A stretch of 61,336 nt of DNA from Candidatus Saccharimonadota bacterium (GTDB lineage: Bacteria > Patescibacteriota > Saccharimonadia > Saccharimonadales > UBA10212), in assembly GCA_022841445.1 (NCBI GenBank), contig JALHRM010000006.1, forward strand, positions 1 to 61,336, given 5' to 3'. This document shows positions 1 through 8,818 of the stretch, in pieces. A program made the translations under genes and the position numbers. Every line of letters begins with the position of its first letter. Position 1 is the stretch's first letter. Under the pieces are notes generated by a model. That model was not told the origin of the DNA. It ran no database searches and saw only the letters and a list, made by a program, of their open reading frames with translations.

Positions 1-1565
1 GTACCCGTAGTAAACGTATTACTGCCACTGACTGATGTATTGCCGTTGAGAGTAACTGCTCCTGTTCCGGTAGCGAAGGTACCGGTGCCGGATTGGGAGA
101 AGTTGCCATTAAAAACAGCATCGTTACTAAATGTTTTGGCGCCGGCAAAAGTCTGCGCTCCCGTCGAAACAAGTCCCGGAAAACTACCATCGGCTGTTTG
201 CATATATAATGTGTTGCCGACAATCACCGCTCCGTTAGCGCTTTTCGCTTGCGAGTCTACAACCCCGATAGCCGTAACACCGCTACCGGCATTAACACAG
301 TCTGTCCATGCACTGTTTTCAAAGCAGCGGAACTTGCCTGCTGAGCTGTTGTAGTACACCGCCCCGTTGACTCCAGCCGGATCTCCGGCTGTATTCTTAG
401 TGTCCAAAACCAGGAAGTTCGCTGTGCCATCGGCCGTTGGGTTTCCTATATATAGACGGCTGTTGGTGCTGTCTGCAACTAGTAGTGGCGTTGCGGCACT
501 ATTTTGAATTTGGAACGAAGATGTAGAATCAGCCGTTGGCCGGAAGACTGCTGCACCCGCTGCGCCAAACAAAGCTACCGGATTATTGTTCACCTCTAAA
601 TTAAGACCAAAATTGTCGTTTGTACCGATGGTGATGACTGAACCAAATGCATTACCATTGCTATTGATATTGCCACCACCAAGCCCACAATTATTCGACG
701 AATCACATATCGTATTGCCGTTCTGAGTACCAACTGTGTTCAATGTTAGCCCTTGGAATGTGGGGCTACTTAGCTGTCCAATATCCTGCGGCGTACTCAG
801 TGTTATGGTATTTCCCGAAACACTAACCGAAATTCGATTGGTCGTACCCTGCAAGTTCACTGCTCCGCTCGCACCACTTAAATTCAAAACGCCTGTGTTT
901 ACAACCCGATTATCGACAATTGCTGTACCGGCACCGCCCTGCAAAACAACAGGCTCCTGCCCTTGTAGCGCAGCAATTTGAGCAGCTAGCAAATTGTATT
1001 GTGCGACAGTACTAAACTGACAGTTATTGGCGTCAAGACATAATGTTCCAGATGCGTTCGGGAGCACAAACTCCCGATTTTCGGTTAGTTCATTAGCCTC
1101 AAATACGCCATAGGTGGATTGGTTGTACAGCCGAATTGAGCCCTGCGAATAGATATTTCCATTTACAACAAGCGTGTCAGCGGTTGTTTGCAGCGAAATG
1201 CCGGACGGTTTTGCGGCTGGCGCCTGTATCTCAATAGATTGCACTGGGACTGTTTGGGAACGGGCGGCTTCCTTACCCTGCTGGCGACGATTATTGGCAA
1301 TTGTCAGCATGCCAATAGTAGCCACCAGTATTAGTAGTCCAATCAGGACAATAAGTAGTCGCTGAAAGCCAAGTTTTTTACCTGATCGGTCGACAGTAAC
1401 TTCTTGCGAAGCCTGCGGCATATACGCAGCAACAGGTTGTGATGCAACCGTCTGCTGACGCATCTGATTAATAAATCCGTCGGTGGTCGGCTCACTGTCT
1501 AGTGATTCTGGAACGAGATTAGGCAATCTGTTGTCATCTGGTGCAGGGGTGTTTATCGGATTCAT
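1..1565 (-). CDS. Giant N-anchored surface protein, N-terminal ~521 aa only (C-terminus lies beyond window start)
   Basis: Absent from the supplied ORF track because no stop codon is in-window. My own minus-strand translation from the ATG at 1565-1563 gives MNPINTPAPDDNRLPNL.... It continues with a TM helix LLIVLIGLLILVATIGMLTIA and then T/G/N/S-rich sequence containing FQIQNSAATPLLVADSTNSRLYIG and LVLDTKNTAGDPAGVNGAVYYNSSAGKFRCFENSAWTDC. Both motifs recur in 18529..25485. The frame stays open to position 3. Confidence 0.8.
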   Translation of the reverse strand, partial: MNPINTPAPDDNRLPNLVPESLDSEPTTDGFINQMRQQTVASQPVAAYMPQASQEVTVDRSGKKLGFQRLLIVLIGLLILVATIGMLTIANNRRQQGKEAARSQTVPVQSIEIQAPAAKPSGISLQTTADTLVVNGNIYSQGSIRLYNQSTYGVFEANELTENREFVLPNASGTLCLDANNCQFSTVAQYNLLAAQIAALQGQEPVVLQGGAGTAIVDNRVVNTGVLNLSGASGAVNLQGTTNRISVSVSGNTITLSTPQDIGQLSSPTFQGLTLNTVGTQNGNTICDSSNNCGLGGGNINSNGNAFGSVITIGTNDNFGLNLEVNNNPVALFGAAGAAVFRPTADSTSSFQIQNSAATPLLVADSTNSRLYIGNPTADGTANFLVLDTKNTAGDPAGVNGAVYYNSSAGKFRCFENSAWTDCVNAGSGVTAIGVVDSQAKSANGAVIVGNTLYMQTADGSFPGLVSTGAQTFAGAKTFSNDAVFNGNFSQSGTGTFATGTGAVTLNGNTSVSGSNTFTTG

Positions 1566-1755
1566 CTGTAAATCCTTCCGCTGAAATACGGTATTCGCAC
1601 TTGAGCATCAGGTGCAATTTCTCTACGAGAAGTAACGCGAGCCGTACATACGGTACGGTGAAGTGAGCCTCGCAAGAGAAAATTGTGCATGGTGCCAAGA
1701 AGATAGCGAATTAATAACTCAGTTGTTAAGCAAGTTAGCTGTTGCGATTGCCGTA

Positions 1756-2649
1756 TCATACCCACAGTATCCCGGCTATCGATGCCATGCCGACCAGCAG
1801 CACCATCATCGCCATTAACACACCCTTGATTGATTGTCGCTCGATCATAAATTTGGCCAGCGGATTGCGGCCGGTTGCCGAAATTGTGCTGGTCACCGTC
1901 CCATGCACTAGCGCACTTTCAACGGCTAGTAGCGCCAGAAACACGACTAACGCCGTAAGTACGCGCAGCTCATCGACAGATTTACCAGTAATGGTATAGC
2001 CGATGCTTTGTAGCCAATTATCGGATTCATCTTCGGCGCTATAGGTTTTGATGTCCACATTGACGCTCATCAGTGCGAAGGTGGTAGTCATTTTTTTGCC
2101 ATCACCATCACTTACCTCCGTGGTCTGTACATCCCTATCTGATAAATCTTCAAGGGCAACTCCTACGCTGTACTGGCTAATCGTTCCTGCTTTCTGCAAA
2201 ACACCTTTAATCGGCGAAGCTACAAGTATGTCACCCTTTTTCACATCTCCGTTAAGGTTTGATACAAACACGTTTGCCTGTCCGTTTTCGGCGATAAATA
2301 CATCGCTCAGACTAGACCCAACAGCGATCAAGCTGTCAGAGCGATCAACTATCACGCCTAGCGGCACCCTATCAGATGCTGAAGTCGCAGGCTCAACAAT
2401 GAGCTTTAGGGGTGTACTGTCACGACTAAGCACCACTGCCATCCCTGGCTGCAGTGTCGCATCCGAGGTCTGGTAACCTTGCGCTACGGCAAGCGCTACG
2501 GCAACGTTGGAAAATAACAACCCACTGAAGACGCAAATTACGGAGGTAATAACCACTTTTTTTAAAGAACAGTGAATAGCAAAAAAACGTACTTTCAAAA
2601 GTACGAGCAAATAAGGCACGTAAGTTTTTCGAGACACTTTTTTGGCCAT
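1756..2649 (-). CDS. Hypothetical membrane protein (N-terminal signal/anchor, soluble middle, two C-terminal TM helices)
   Basis: 297-aa ORF co-oriented with its neighbours. Hydrophobic stretches are VVITSVICVFSGLLFSNVAVALAVA, LRVLTALVVFLALLAVESALV and GVLMAMMVLLVGMASIAGILWV. No family motif recognised. Confidence 0.6.
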   Translation of the reverse strand: MAKKVSRKTYVPYLLVLLKVRFFAIHCSLKKVVITSVICVFSGLLFSNVAVALAVAQGYQTSDATLQPGMAVVLSRDSTPLKLIVEPATSASDRVPLGVIVDRSDSLIAVGSSLSDVFIAENGQANVFVSNLNGDVKKGDILVASPIKGVLQKAGTISQYSVGVALEDLSDRDVQTTEVSDGDGKKMTTTFALMSVNVDIKTYSAEDESDNWLQSIGYTITGKSVDELRVLTALVVFLALLAVESALVHGTVTSTISATGRNPLAKFMIERQSIKGVLMAMMVLLVGMASIAGILWV

Positions 2650-3089
2650 TGCGAGCGACCTTTGTTGTTTCGTTTTTGGATTTTAAAATTACAACTACAG
2701 GAATTATCCCTTATCCACCTCCGTAATACAAGAGTTCTTATGCTTTAATTTGTTTGAAGTTGATGTGTTATGAACATCATTAATAGTATGAGTGCCCCTA
2801 CTAGTTACTCTGGATAGTTATCCACAATGCCACGTCAAATTCGTGTGCGACACTAGCAAGTAATTCAACATTGATGGCACACGGCGCTTTCTTCGCATGG
2901 TCTTCGATGCTCAGCATTGAGCTCTATGTCGAATACGGGCTATCCACGCGAGACCATGCTTTAAATAATTGACTTTGAACTTCACACTAACATCTATTTG
3001 AGTTATTTCTCTAAGCCCATGTCATTTATTTAAGCGAGTAATTAGTAGCCGTATAATACTAGCTTTTAGGTACTACTTAACAGGTAAAC

Positions 3090-4115
3090 TCACACCCGAA
3101 GAACTATGGCTGAGCCACCAATACCAACTTTAAGACCTTCAAGAAGAATAGTATCTCCCGGTTTAACCCGTCCAGATTCATACAACGCCTTCAAGGCCTG
3201 CGGTACGGTCGCGGCCGAGGAGTTGCCGATACGGTCAATTATACGTACAATAGCTTCCCCTCTTATACCGGTTCGTTTAGGTAATTTCTCAAAGAAGCGA
3301 TCGTTGGACTGATGAAACACTGCGTGATCTAGTTGTTCCGGAGGCACCCCAGCATTGCTGAGCGCTTCCAAGGCTAAGCTTACCGCCATTCGGCTGATTG
3401 CTTGGGCTAAATGTTTGCCATCCATCGCCGCAGTGCTGCCGTGCTCTACTATAAAGAAGTCTCTGTCTGAACCAGCATTATCCCAAGCCGCCCTACCAAG
3501 TAGACCCGCCGAAGAGCCATCACTACGTCGCAGCAGTGCTGCACCTGCCCCATCGGCAAATAATATAGATGTGTCGAAGTCGCCTGTGTCAACAATGCTC
3601 CGTACCCGATCGGCGCCTATCACCAATGCACAGTCGCCGTCTTCTCCTTGCTGGGACAAAAGACTACTTGCAGTTATCACCCCATGAACAAAGCCAGAAC
3701 AGGCTGCACCAAGATCAAAACTGAAGCACTTGCGCAGGTTAAGCGTGTCTTGTGTTTCTTCTACCGCGTTGGGGAGACGACGGTCTTGTGTAGAGCTGGC
3801 GAATATCAGAAATCGTACTCTGTCGGGATTGCCGGGGTCTATGCCAGCGTTTTCCAATGCTGCCCGCCCTGCCCATATGCCGAGGTTCGTGGTCGTTTCG
3901 CCAAGCTTCTCACTCGCCCATGGCCGCTCACGTATGCCAGTCAGATCGTATACTGCCTGAGCAGTTGCCATTGGACCGCCATGGGCGTGAATCATCATAG
4001 CAAGGGCATGATTATTGATCCTGCGCTGAGGCAACTCAACGCCTAAACCAGCAATTTCCAAACCCACAAGAGGCGGTCTAAGTTCGCTGACTCTGTTGCT
4101 GCTTTCGATGGTCAT
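3090..4115 (-). CDS. Beta-ketoacyl synthase III (FabH-like, thiolase fold)
   Basis: Cys-His-Asn triad in FabH-type contexts: FDLGAACSGFVHGV, AVFHQSNDRF and IDRIGNSSAATVPQAL. The start lies 6 nt after the stop of the upstream ketosynthase gene, so the two form an operon. Confidence 0.8.
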   Translation of the reverse strand: MTIESSNRVSELRPPLVGLEIAGLGVELPQRRINNHALAMMIHAHGGPMATAQAVYDLTGIRERPWASEKLGETTTNLGIWAGRAALENAGIDPGNPDRVRFLIFASSTQDRRLPNAVEETQDTLNLRKCFSFDLGAACSGFVHGVITASSLLSQQGEDGDCALVIGADRVRSIVDTGDFDTSILFADGAGAALLRRSDGSSAGLLGRAAWDNAGSDRDFFIVEHGSTAAMDGKHLAQAISRMAVSLALEALSNAGVPPEQLDHAVFHQSNDRFFEKLPKRTGIRGEAIVRIIDRIGNSSAATVPQALKALYESGRVKPGDTILLEGLKVGIGGSAIVLRV

Positions 4116-4121
4116 ACAATT

Positions 4122-5474
4122 TTAGAGTTCCTCTTCACGTACCGTCACCAGTTCACCATTCATACCACCAAAGCCAAATGAATTGTAAAGTGTAGCTGAC
4201 GACCTTATTTCGATCGGCTCATTCATGATAAGCGGCATTCCCTCAGCAGCCGGATCCGGATCAGCAAGGTTAACGGTAAAAGGTAGCACGCCCCTTTGCT
4301 CTGCCTCGATTCCTGCGGCAAGTTCACTGAGACCCGAAGCGCCCATACCATGGGCAAAAGAACCCTTAAGGGAAAAGATTCCAGCAATACCAACGCCTTT
4401 ATCGGCTACCATCCGTATAGCGGCAAGCTCTGCTTCATCTCCTCTTGGTGTGCTTGTAGCATGAGCCTTTATAGCTACCCTAGAGCGCAATTCTTCATTT
4501 AGTGTGCTTAAGGCTTGTAACATTGCAGCAGAAGTCCCTTCCGGATTAGGTTCGGTAGGTGCGCCGGTTGATCTGTCGGTATTGTGGCCGTAACCACCAA
4601 CGAAAGATAATATTTTGGCGCCACGCTCCCTAGCGTGACTTTCTGCTTCAATAACAATAGCAGCACCAGCCTCACCCATGACAAAACCGTCACGATTTAC
4701 ATCAAAAGGTCTCGAGGCCGTACGTGGATCTCTAGATTTACTAAGTGCGCCCAAACCGGCAAAAATGGCCAACGCCTCGGGTGTCATCGTTGATTCAGAT
4801 GCAGCTGCGACGCCTATATTAACCTCTCCGAGTAGGATCATACGTATTATATTTATAGCACCTATGCTTGATGATGCGCAGGCAGCTACCACAGATTCCG
4901 ATGGACCACCCATCCCTGCAAGTCGCGCCGATCTGGAAGAACCTTGTTCAAAAAGCGAGGACAGTCCAGTTCCGGGATTCGGAAGCATTCCGGCATATAC
5001 TTTGGTTCCATGCTCACCCGTTTCGTAAGCATGAAGCATCGTACTGATATCAATGTAGGCATCCGTGCCTGAGCTACCAGAACCCATGACAATTGCCATG
5101 CGTTCTGCGATACCCTCAGGTAAGACCATGCTGCCTTGAGAGGTGAGGCCTGCATCATGGAGTGCCAAGGCAACTGCTGCAACGCCAAGCTTGTTGCTTC
5201 GATGGATAGCGTTTACGACGTTGCCCTTTTTTATACCAGTGATTTCTTTGAACACTTCGTCGGTGAACCCTAATATCGGAGCCGCAACATGAACATCGTA
5301 TGGAAACTTTATACCAAGATCTCGATCAACGTAGACCAGTTCATCGCGCAAATCCCGTACAGCGGTTTCGCCACGCAGCGCTGCATCAAGCGTCTGAGCC
5401 CTGTTCATACCAAGACCAGTAATACACTCCGCGCCCGTTATGACGATTCGCTCGCCCTCAAGAGTCGTAAGCAT
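4122..5474 (-). CDS. Beta-ketoacyl synthase I/II-like elongating condensing enzyme (FabF/FabB-like)
   Basis: Cys-His-His plus Lys motifs: VVAACASSSIGA, IKAHATSTPRGDEAE and SLKGSFAHGMGASG. A GGAGGG Shine-Dalgarno lies 5 nt upstream of the ATG. Confidence 0.85.
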   Translation of the reverse strand: MLTTLEGERIVITGAECITGLGMNRAQTLDAALRGETAVRDLRDELVYVDRDLGIKFPYDVHVAAPILGFTDEVFKEITGIKKGNVVNAIHRSNKLGVAAVALALHDAGLTSQGSMVLPEGIAERMAIVMGSGSSGTDAYIDISTMLHAYETGEHGTKVYAGMLPNPGTGLSSLFEQGSSRSARLAGMGGPSESVVAACASSSIGAINIIRMILLGEVNIGVAAASESTMTPEALAIFAGLGALSKSRDPRTASRPFDVNRDGFVMGEAGAAIVIEAESHARERGAKILSFVGGYGHNTDRSTGAPTEPNPEGTSAAMLQALSTLNEELRSRVAIKAHATSTPRGDEAELAAIRMVADKGVGIAGIFSLKGSFAHGMGASGLSELAAGIEAEQRGVLPFTVNLADPDPAAEGMPLIMNEPIEIRSSATLYNSFGFGGMNGELVTVREEEL

Positions 5475-5554
5475 CTAACCCTCCATTATTGTTAAAATTC
5501 TAGAATAATTATATGCTACTTGATCAAATTACTTTGTGGTGGTTTTCAGAACAT

Positions 5555-6409
5555 TTAATTCAAGGTGAGCAAGTTTATGTAATCTTCCCAAACCGCGTTT
5601 TCCATCTTGCGGTCGGAGCGAATAAAAACTAACAGTTTATCAGTTTTAAGTAGTGCGATTTGTTCTGTTGATACGGTCGAATTGCCAGTTGTTTCGGTAG
5701 TTTTACTCTCGGTAGTATAGGCATCGCCTTTTTTGGTGTCCAGCTTCTGTGTCGCATTAAAATTAGTAGCCAATGTTTTGAAAGATGCCGGGTCGGATTT
5801 GAATTTCGCCGGTAATGCCTGCTGGCTGATCGTTAGTTTTGCTTCCGCCCAAGTGTCTTGATAATTGAGCGTCCGGCGAGTTTTATCATAGTTAAAGCCA
5901 TTTTCGGAATTTACCTGCTTATCGACTTTGGATTTGGGCACTAGCGGAGTGAATGACATACCATCCTTTAACCCTGTTTCGGCAGTGGCCTGTTTCGTTT
6001 TTGAATCAGAGCCGCTTAATCCGTTAAACACAAATACACCAACGATAAGCAGCACAGCGATAGAACCTGATGCCAGCAGTGTGCGTCGGGATACTTTTTT
6101 TATTTTTGAAGCTGCGCGGCGAATAGTATTCTTGATTTTTTTGAGATATCGAGAAGTATCAGGCAGTGCAGGTGCGGTAACATTGATTGTTACGGTGCGG
6201 CTCCGCTCGGCCTTTTTTTTAGCCTTTTCAGCTTTTTCACGCTCTGCCCAAGCTTGTTCTTTCTTTTGCCGCTCAACATCAGCCTGGCGGTTGCGGTAAT
6301 CCTGTGCCTGCAGACGCTCAGCAGGCAACTGTTTACGGAGTCGGCTACTTAAGTTCTCGGTGTCGCCTTCTAGCCAAAAATCGTATGATTCGTCCTCGTT
6401 TTTTTGCAT
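5555..6409 (-). CDS. Hypothetical single-pass membrane protein with K/E-rich N-terminal tail
   Basis: 284-aa ORF with a charged segment QKKEQAWAEREKAEKAKKKAERS, then TM LLASGSIAVLLIVGVFVF and an extracytoplasmic domain. No family recognised. Confidence 0.6.
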   Translation of the reverse strand: MQKNEDESYDFWLEGDTENLSSRLRKQLPAERLQAQDYRNRQADVERQKKEQAWAEREKAEKAKKKAERSRTVTINVTAPALPDTSRYLKKIKNTIRRAASKIKKVSRRTLLASGSIAVLLIVGVFVFNGLSGSDSKTKQATAETGLKDGMSFTPLVPKSKVDKQVNSENGFNYDKTRRTLNYQDTWAEAKLTISQQALPAKFKSDPASFKTLATNFNATQKLDTKKGDAYTTESKTTETTGNSTVSTEQIALLKTDKLLVFIRSDRKMENAVWEDYINLLTLN

Positions 6410-6479
6410 AGTAATACCCTTAAGCCTAGCACGCTGTCAAATTAAAGCACAAGAGTTTATGCAGGATACCAGCAACAAC

Positions 6480-8693
6480 CTAGAGTGGCCAGAGTCTCAG
6501 CTGGTCAACCCAAAGGTTACGGTCATTGGTGGCGTTTTTGTACTTATCGTTTAAGAAAACTACTTTTATAGTATGGGTAGTGCCCGCATTGAATGTCTTT
6601 TGTACCGAATACATCGTGAAGGAGGTATTGATAGTGCGATTACTGATTACCTTCACTCCGTCGACGTATATGTCGGCCTTCGCAGCACCATCATATGATT
6701 GCGACCGCAGCTGTGCGCCGATTCTGTATGAACCAGTTGCGCCTATCGTGAATCGATGTTCTACTGACGAGCCAGTACCACGCAAGTTTAGTGCGTACCC
6801 GCCAATCGCCTTACTATCAACTCCTCTAATCGCATTGCTAACTGTCGTGGCATTTTCGGCCTCAACCGTTTGTGCGATCGGTAGATTCTGAACGTTAATG
6901 GTTATGGATTGGCTAAGCGTTTTGTCGTTGTCATAGCGCATCGTCACACTCAGGGTGTGTGCCCCGTTGGACAACGTGCGCGTATCAAAACCGATTGACG
7001 TAACACCACTTTCTCCACCAAGATTATACGGCGAGGAAGTGTCAGTATTAACGACGATACTATCTATGACGAAATCAATGCCACTTATGTTGGCTGCATA
7101 CTGAGGCAGCGCCTCCGCGTATATTTGGCCCGCTACTGTTTGATTATTGGATATACCGTTAATGCCGAGCGTTGCCGGCGGAATATTATAGACATCAACT
7201 GAAACAATCTTTGTTAAGGATTGGCCATTATCATAGGTCATAACGGCTTTTATCAGGTGAACTCCGTTGACTAATTGGTTGGTGTCATACCCGAACGGCA
7301 TACCGCTGTTGTCACCACCCAAGAAGTATGGTGACTCTGAATCGGTGTTCATATATGTATCGTCGATGTAAAAATCTACATTAGTTATGTTTTGCGCGTT
7401 TTGCGGTGAGGCCTCTGCGTACATAGTGCCAGCAACGGTTTGGCCGTCAATTACTCCGCTTATATCAAGCGAAGCTGGTGGAATATTATCAACGTTCAAC
7501 GTAACAGATTTTTGGATTGTTTTGTCGGTATCGTAGGTGGCAACCGCCGTAATAGTGTGCTGCCCATCGGGCAGCAATGCCGTGTTGTAGCCCATTGGAA
7601 GCGACGGATCTTCGTTTCCTAACAGGTAGGGGCTTGTTGGGTCAGTATTTAGTGTAGTGCCATTGATTAAAAAGGCTACGTTGGATATATCGGGTAGTCC
7701 ATTTGGCACTGCCTCAGCACTAATGTAACCAGAAACGGTTTGACCATCACTGAGCCCGTTGATACCCAGACTTATCGAAGGCGGTGGAGGTGGCGTAATA
7801 TCAGGGTATGGGTTTTCTGAATAAACCTTCAAGCCGTGTACCGTAAACCGTTGATCCGGTGTGTGGTTCGAATTTCGGTATATTCCCTTCTTGAGGTAGC
7901 CAGATGTCGCATTGAAAGCAGTGCCGTTTGTTGAACATTTAACTGATGTTGCTCCAAGAGTGGCAGCAGGCGTCTGCGGTAATACATTGACGTCATCGAC
8001 ATCAAATTCTACCCAGCCAAGCGCAGGGTCAGCTGAAAATTTAACACCGAGCGTAAAATGATACCAGCGATTTGGTTCGATAACCGTCCCACTCCACTGC
8101 GTGTTTGTACTACAGCCTGTCGAAGTTTTAAGCTGTATGTCGTTAAGACTACCGGTAGCCAACTGGATGTTCGGCTGACTCCCGCCACCAAAGTAGTGAG
8201 TCTGTAGCCATATGTCCCAGCTGGAACCGGGATGCGGATCAGCCATCTGATCAAAACGCTGCCAAAAGTCGATATACCAAACATCGCCCTCTTGGAACGT
8301 AAATTGATTATTGGAAGCCGTGGCGTATTCGGCACGTTCGTTACCGTTCCACAAACAACCATCTTTTTGAAATATATCGAGCGAAGTCCCGGTCTTTCCA
8401 GGAGGTGCATCTTCGATGTCTTTGAGCCACGAACCGCAAGACGCTTCAACTTGTTTGCCGCTCCAGTTTGCCGAAACTGAACCATCGAATAATACTGGAG
8501 TCTGTGCGTTAACCTCGTCTTTAACTGACGGATAAAGCGCTGTCAGAAATATACCAGTAGCCAAAATTGGCACTATTAAAGCTGCCGCCACCATTTGACG
8601 CTGCTGTCGTACATTCTGGGAATTAAATGAAAGTATCAGTGATTGCTTCTGCTGGTCGGAAGCGTTACTGCGCCGTAAGAAAGATATTTTCAT
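6480..8693 (-). CDS. Secreted/anchored multidomain protein: polysaccharide-lyase-like jelly roll + 4 Ig-like repeats + C-terminal beta-sandwich (CBM-like) module
   Basis: N-terminal TM. Residues ~70-300 carry NERAEY..GDVWYIDFWQRF..WDIWLQTHYFGGGSQPNIQL..NRWYHFTLGVKFS..GWVEFDVDD..SGYLKKGIYRN, which from memory fits the concanavalin-like Polysacc_lyase family pattern. Four ~95-aa repeats follow (GQTV.G.I.AEA....NI..V.F.I......TD..SPY.LG). The C-terminus ends ...VVFLNDKYKNATNDRNLWVDQLRLWPL. Confidence 0.75.
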   Translation of the reverse strand: MKISFLRRSNASDQQKQSLILSFNSQNVRQQRQMVAAALIVPILATGIFLTALYPSVKDEVNAQTPVLFDGSVSANWSGKQVEASCGSWLKDIEDAPPGKTGTSLDIFQKDGCLWNGNERAEYATASNNQFTFQEGDVWYIDFWQRFDQMADPHPGSSWDIWLQTHYFGGGSQPNIQLATGSLNDIQLKTSTGCSTNTQWSGTVIEPNRWYHFTLGVKFSADPALGWVEFDVDDVNVLPQTPAATLGATSVKCSTNGTAFNATSGYLKKGIYRNSNHTPDQRFTVHGLKVYSENPYPDITPPPPPSISLGINGLSDGQTVSGYISAEAVPNGLPDISNVAFLINGTTLNTDPTSPYLLGNEDPSLPMGYNTALLPDGQHTITAVATYDTDKTIQKSVTLNVDNIPPASLDISGVIDGQTVAGTMYAEASPQNAQNITNVDFYIDDTYMNTDSESPYFLGGDNSGMPFGYDTNQLVNGVHLIKAVMTYDNGQSLTKIVSVDVYNIPPATLGINGISNNQTVAGQIYAEALPQYAANISGIDFVIDSIVVNTDTSSPYNLGGESGVTSIGFDTRTLSNGAHTLSVTMRYDNDKTLSQSITINVQNLPIAQTVEAENATTVSNAIRGVDSKAIGGYALNLRGTGSSVEHRFTIGATGSYRIGAQLRSQSYDGAAKADIYVDGVKVISNRTINTSFTMYSVQKTFNAGTTHTIKVVFLNDKYKNATNDRNLWVDQLRLWPL
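6890..7790 (-). repeat. Four tandem ~95-aa Ig-like coding repeats inside 6480..8693
   Basis: Repeat starts are visible in the translation: ISLGINGLSDGQTVSGYISAEA, LDISGVIDGQTVAGTMYAEA and LGINGISNNQTVAGQIYAEA. Each ends T(L/V).V(D/Q)N(I/L)P. They are diverged at DNA level. Confidence 0.7.
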
Positions 8694-8818
8694 ATCTAAT
8701 AATGTTCCTTTTTGAATTAATTTGTTTTTGATTTTTGTTTTATTTGGTTTAGCTAGACTTTAACACACATTGCGCCGTATGCACAATGTGATCGAACCGT
8801 CTTGGCTTATTAAGAATT

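Noticed and set aside
1562-1765. 67-aa minus-strand ORF between the partial giant gene and the membrane protein
   Set aside because: The composition is not protein-like and there is no RBS. It overlaps the stop region of 1756..2649 and abuts the 1565 start codon of the partial giant gene, so it is more likely a 5' leader or promoter region.
2650-3089. Calling this gap the replication origin (oriC)
   Set aside because: Genes on both sides are on the same strand, and dnaA and dnaN are not in the window. Three boxes alone are insufficient, so it is reported only as an observation.
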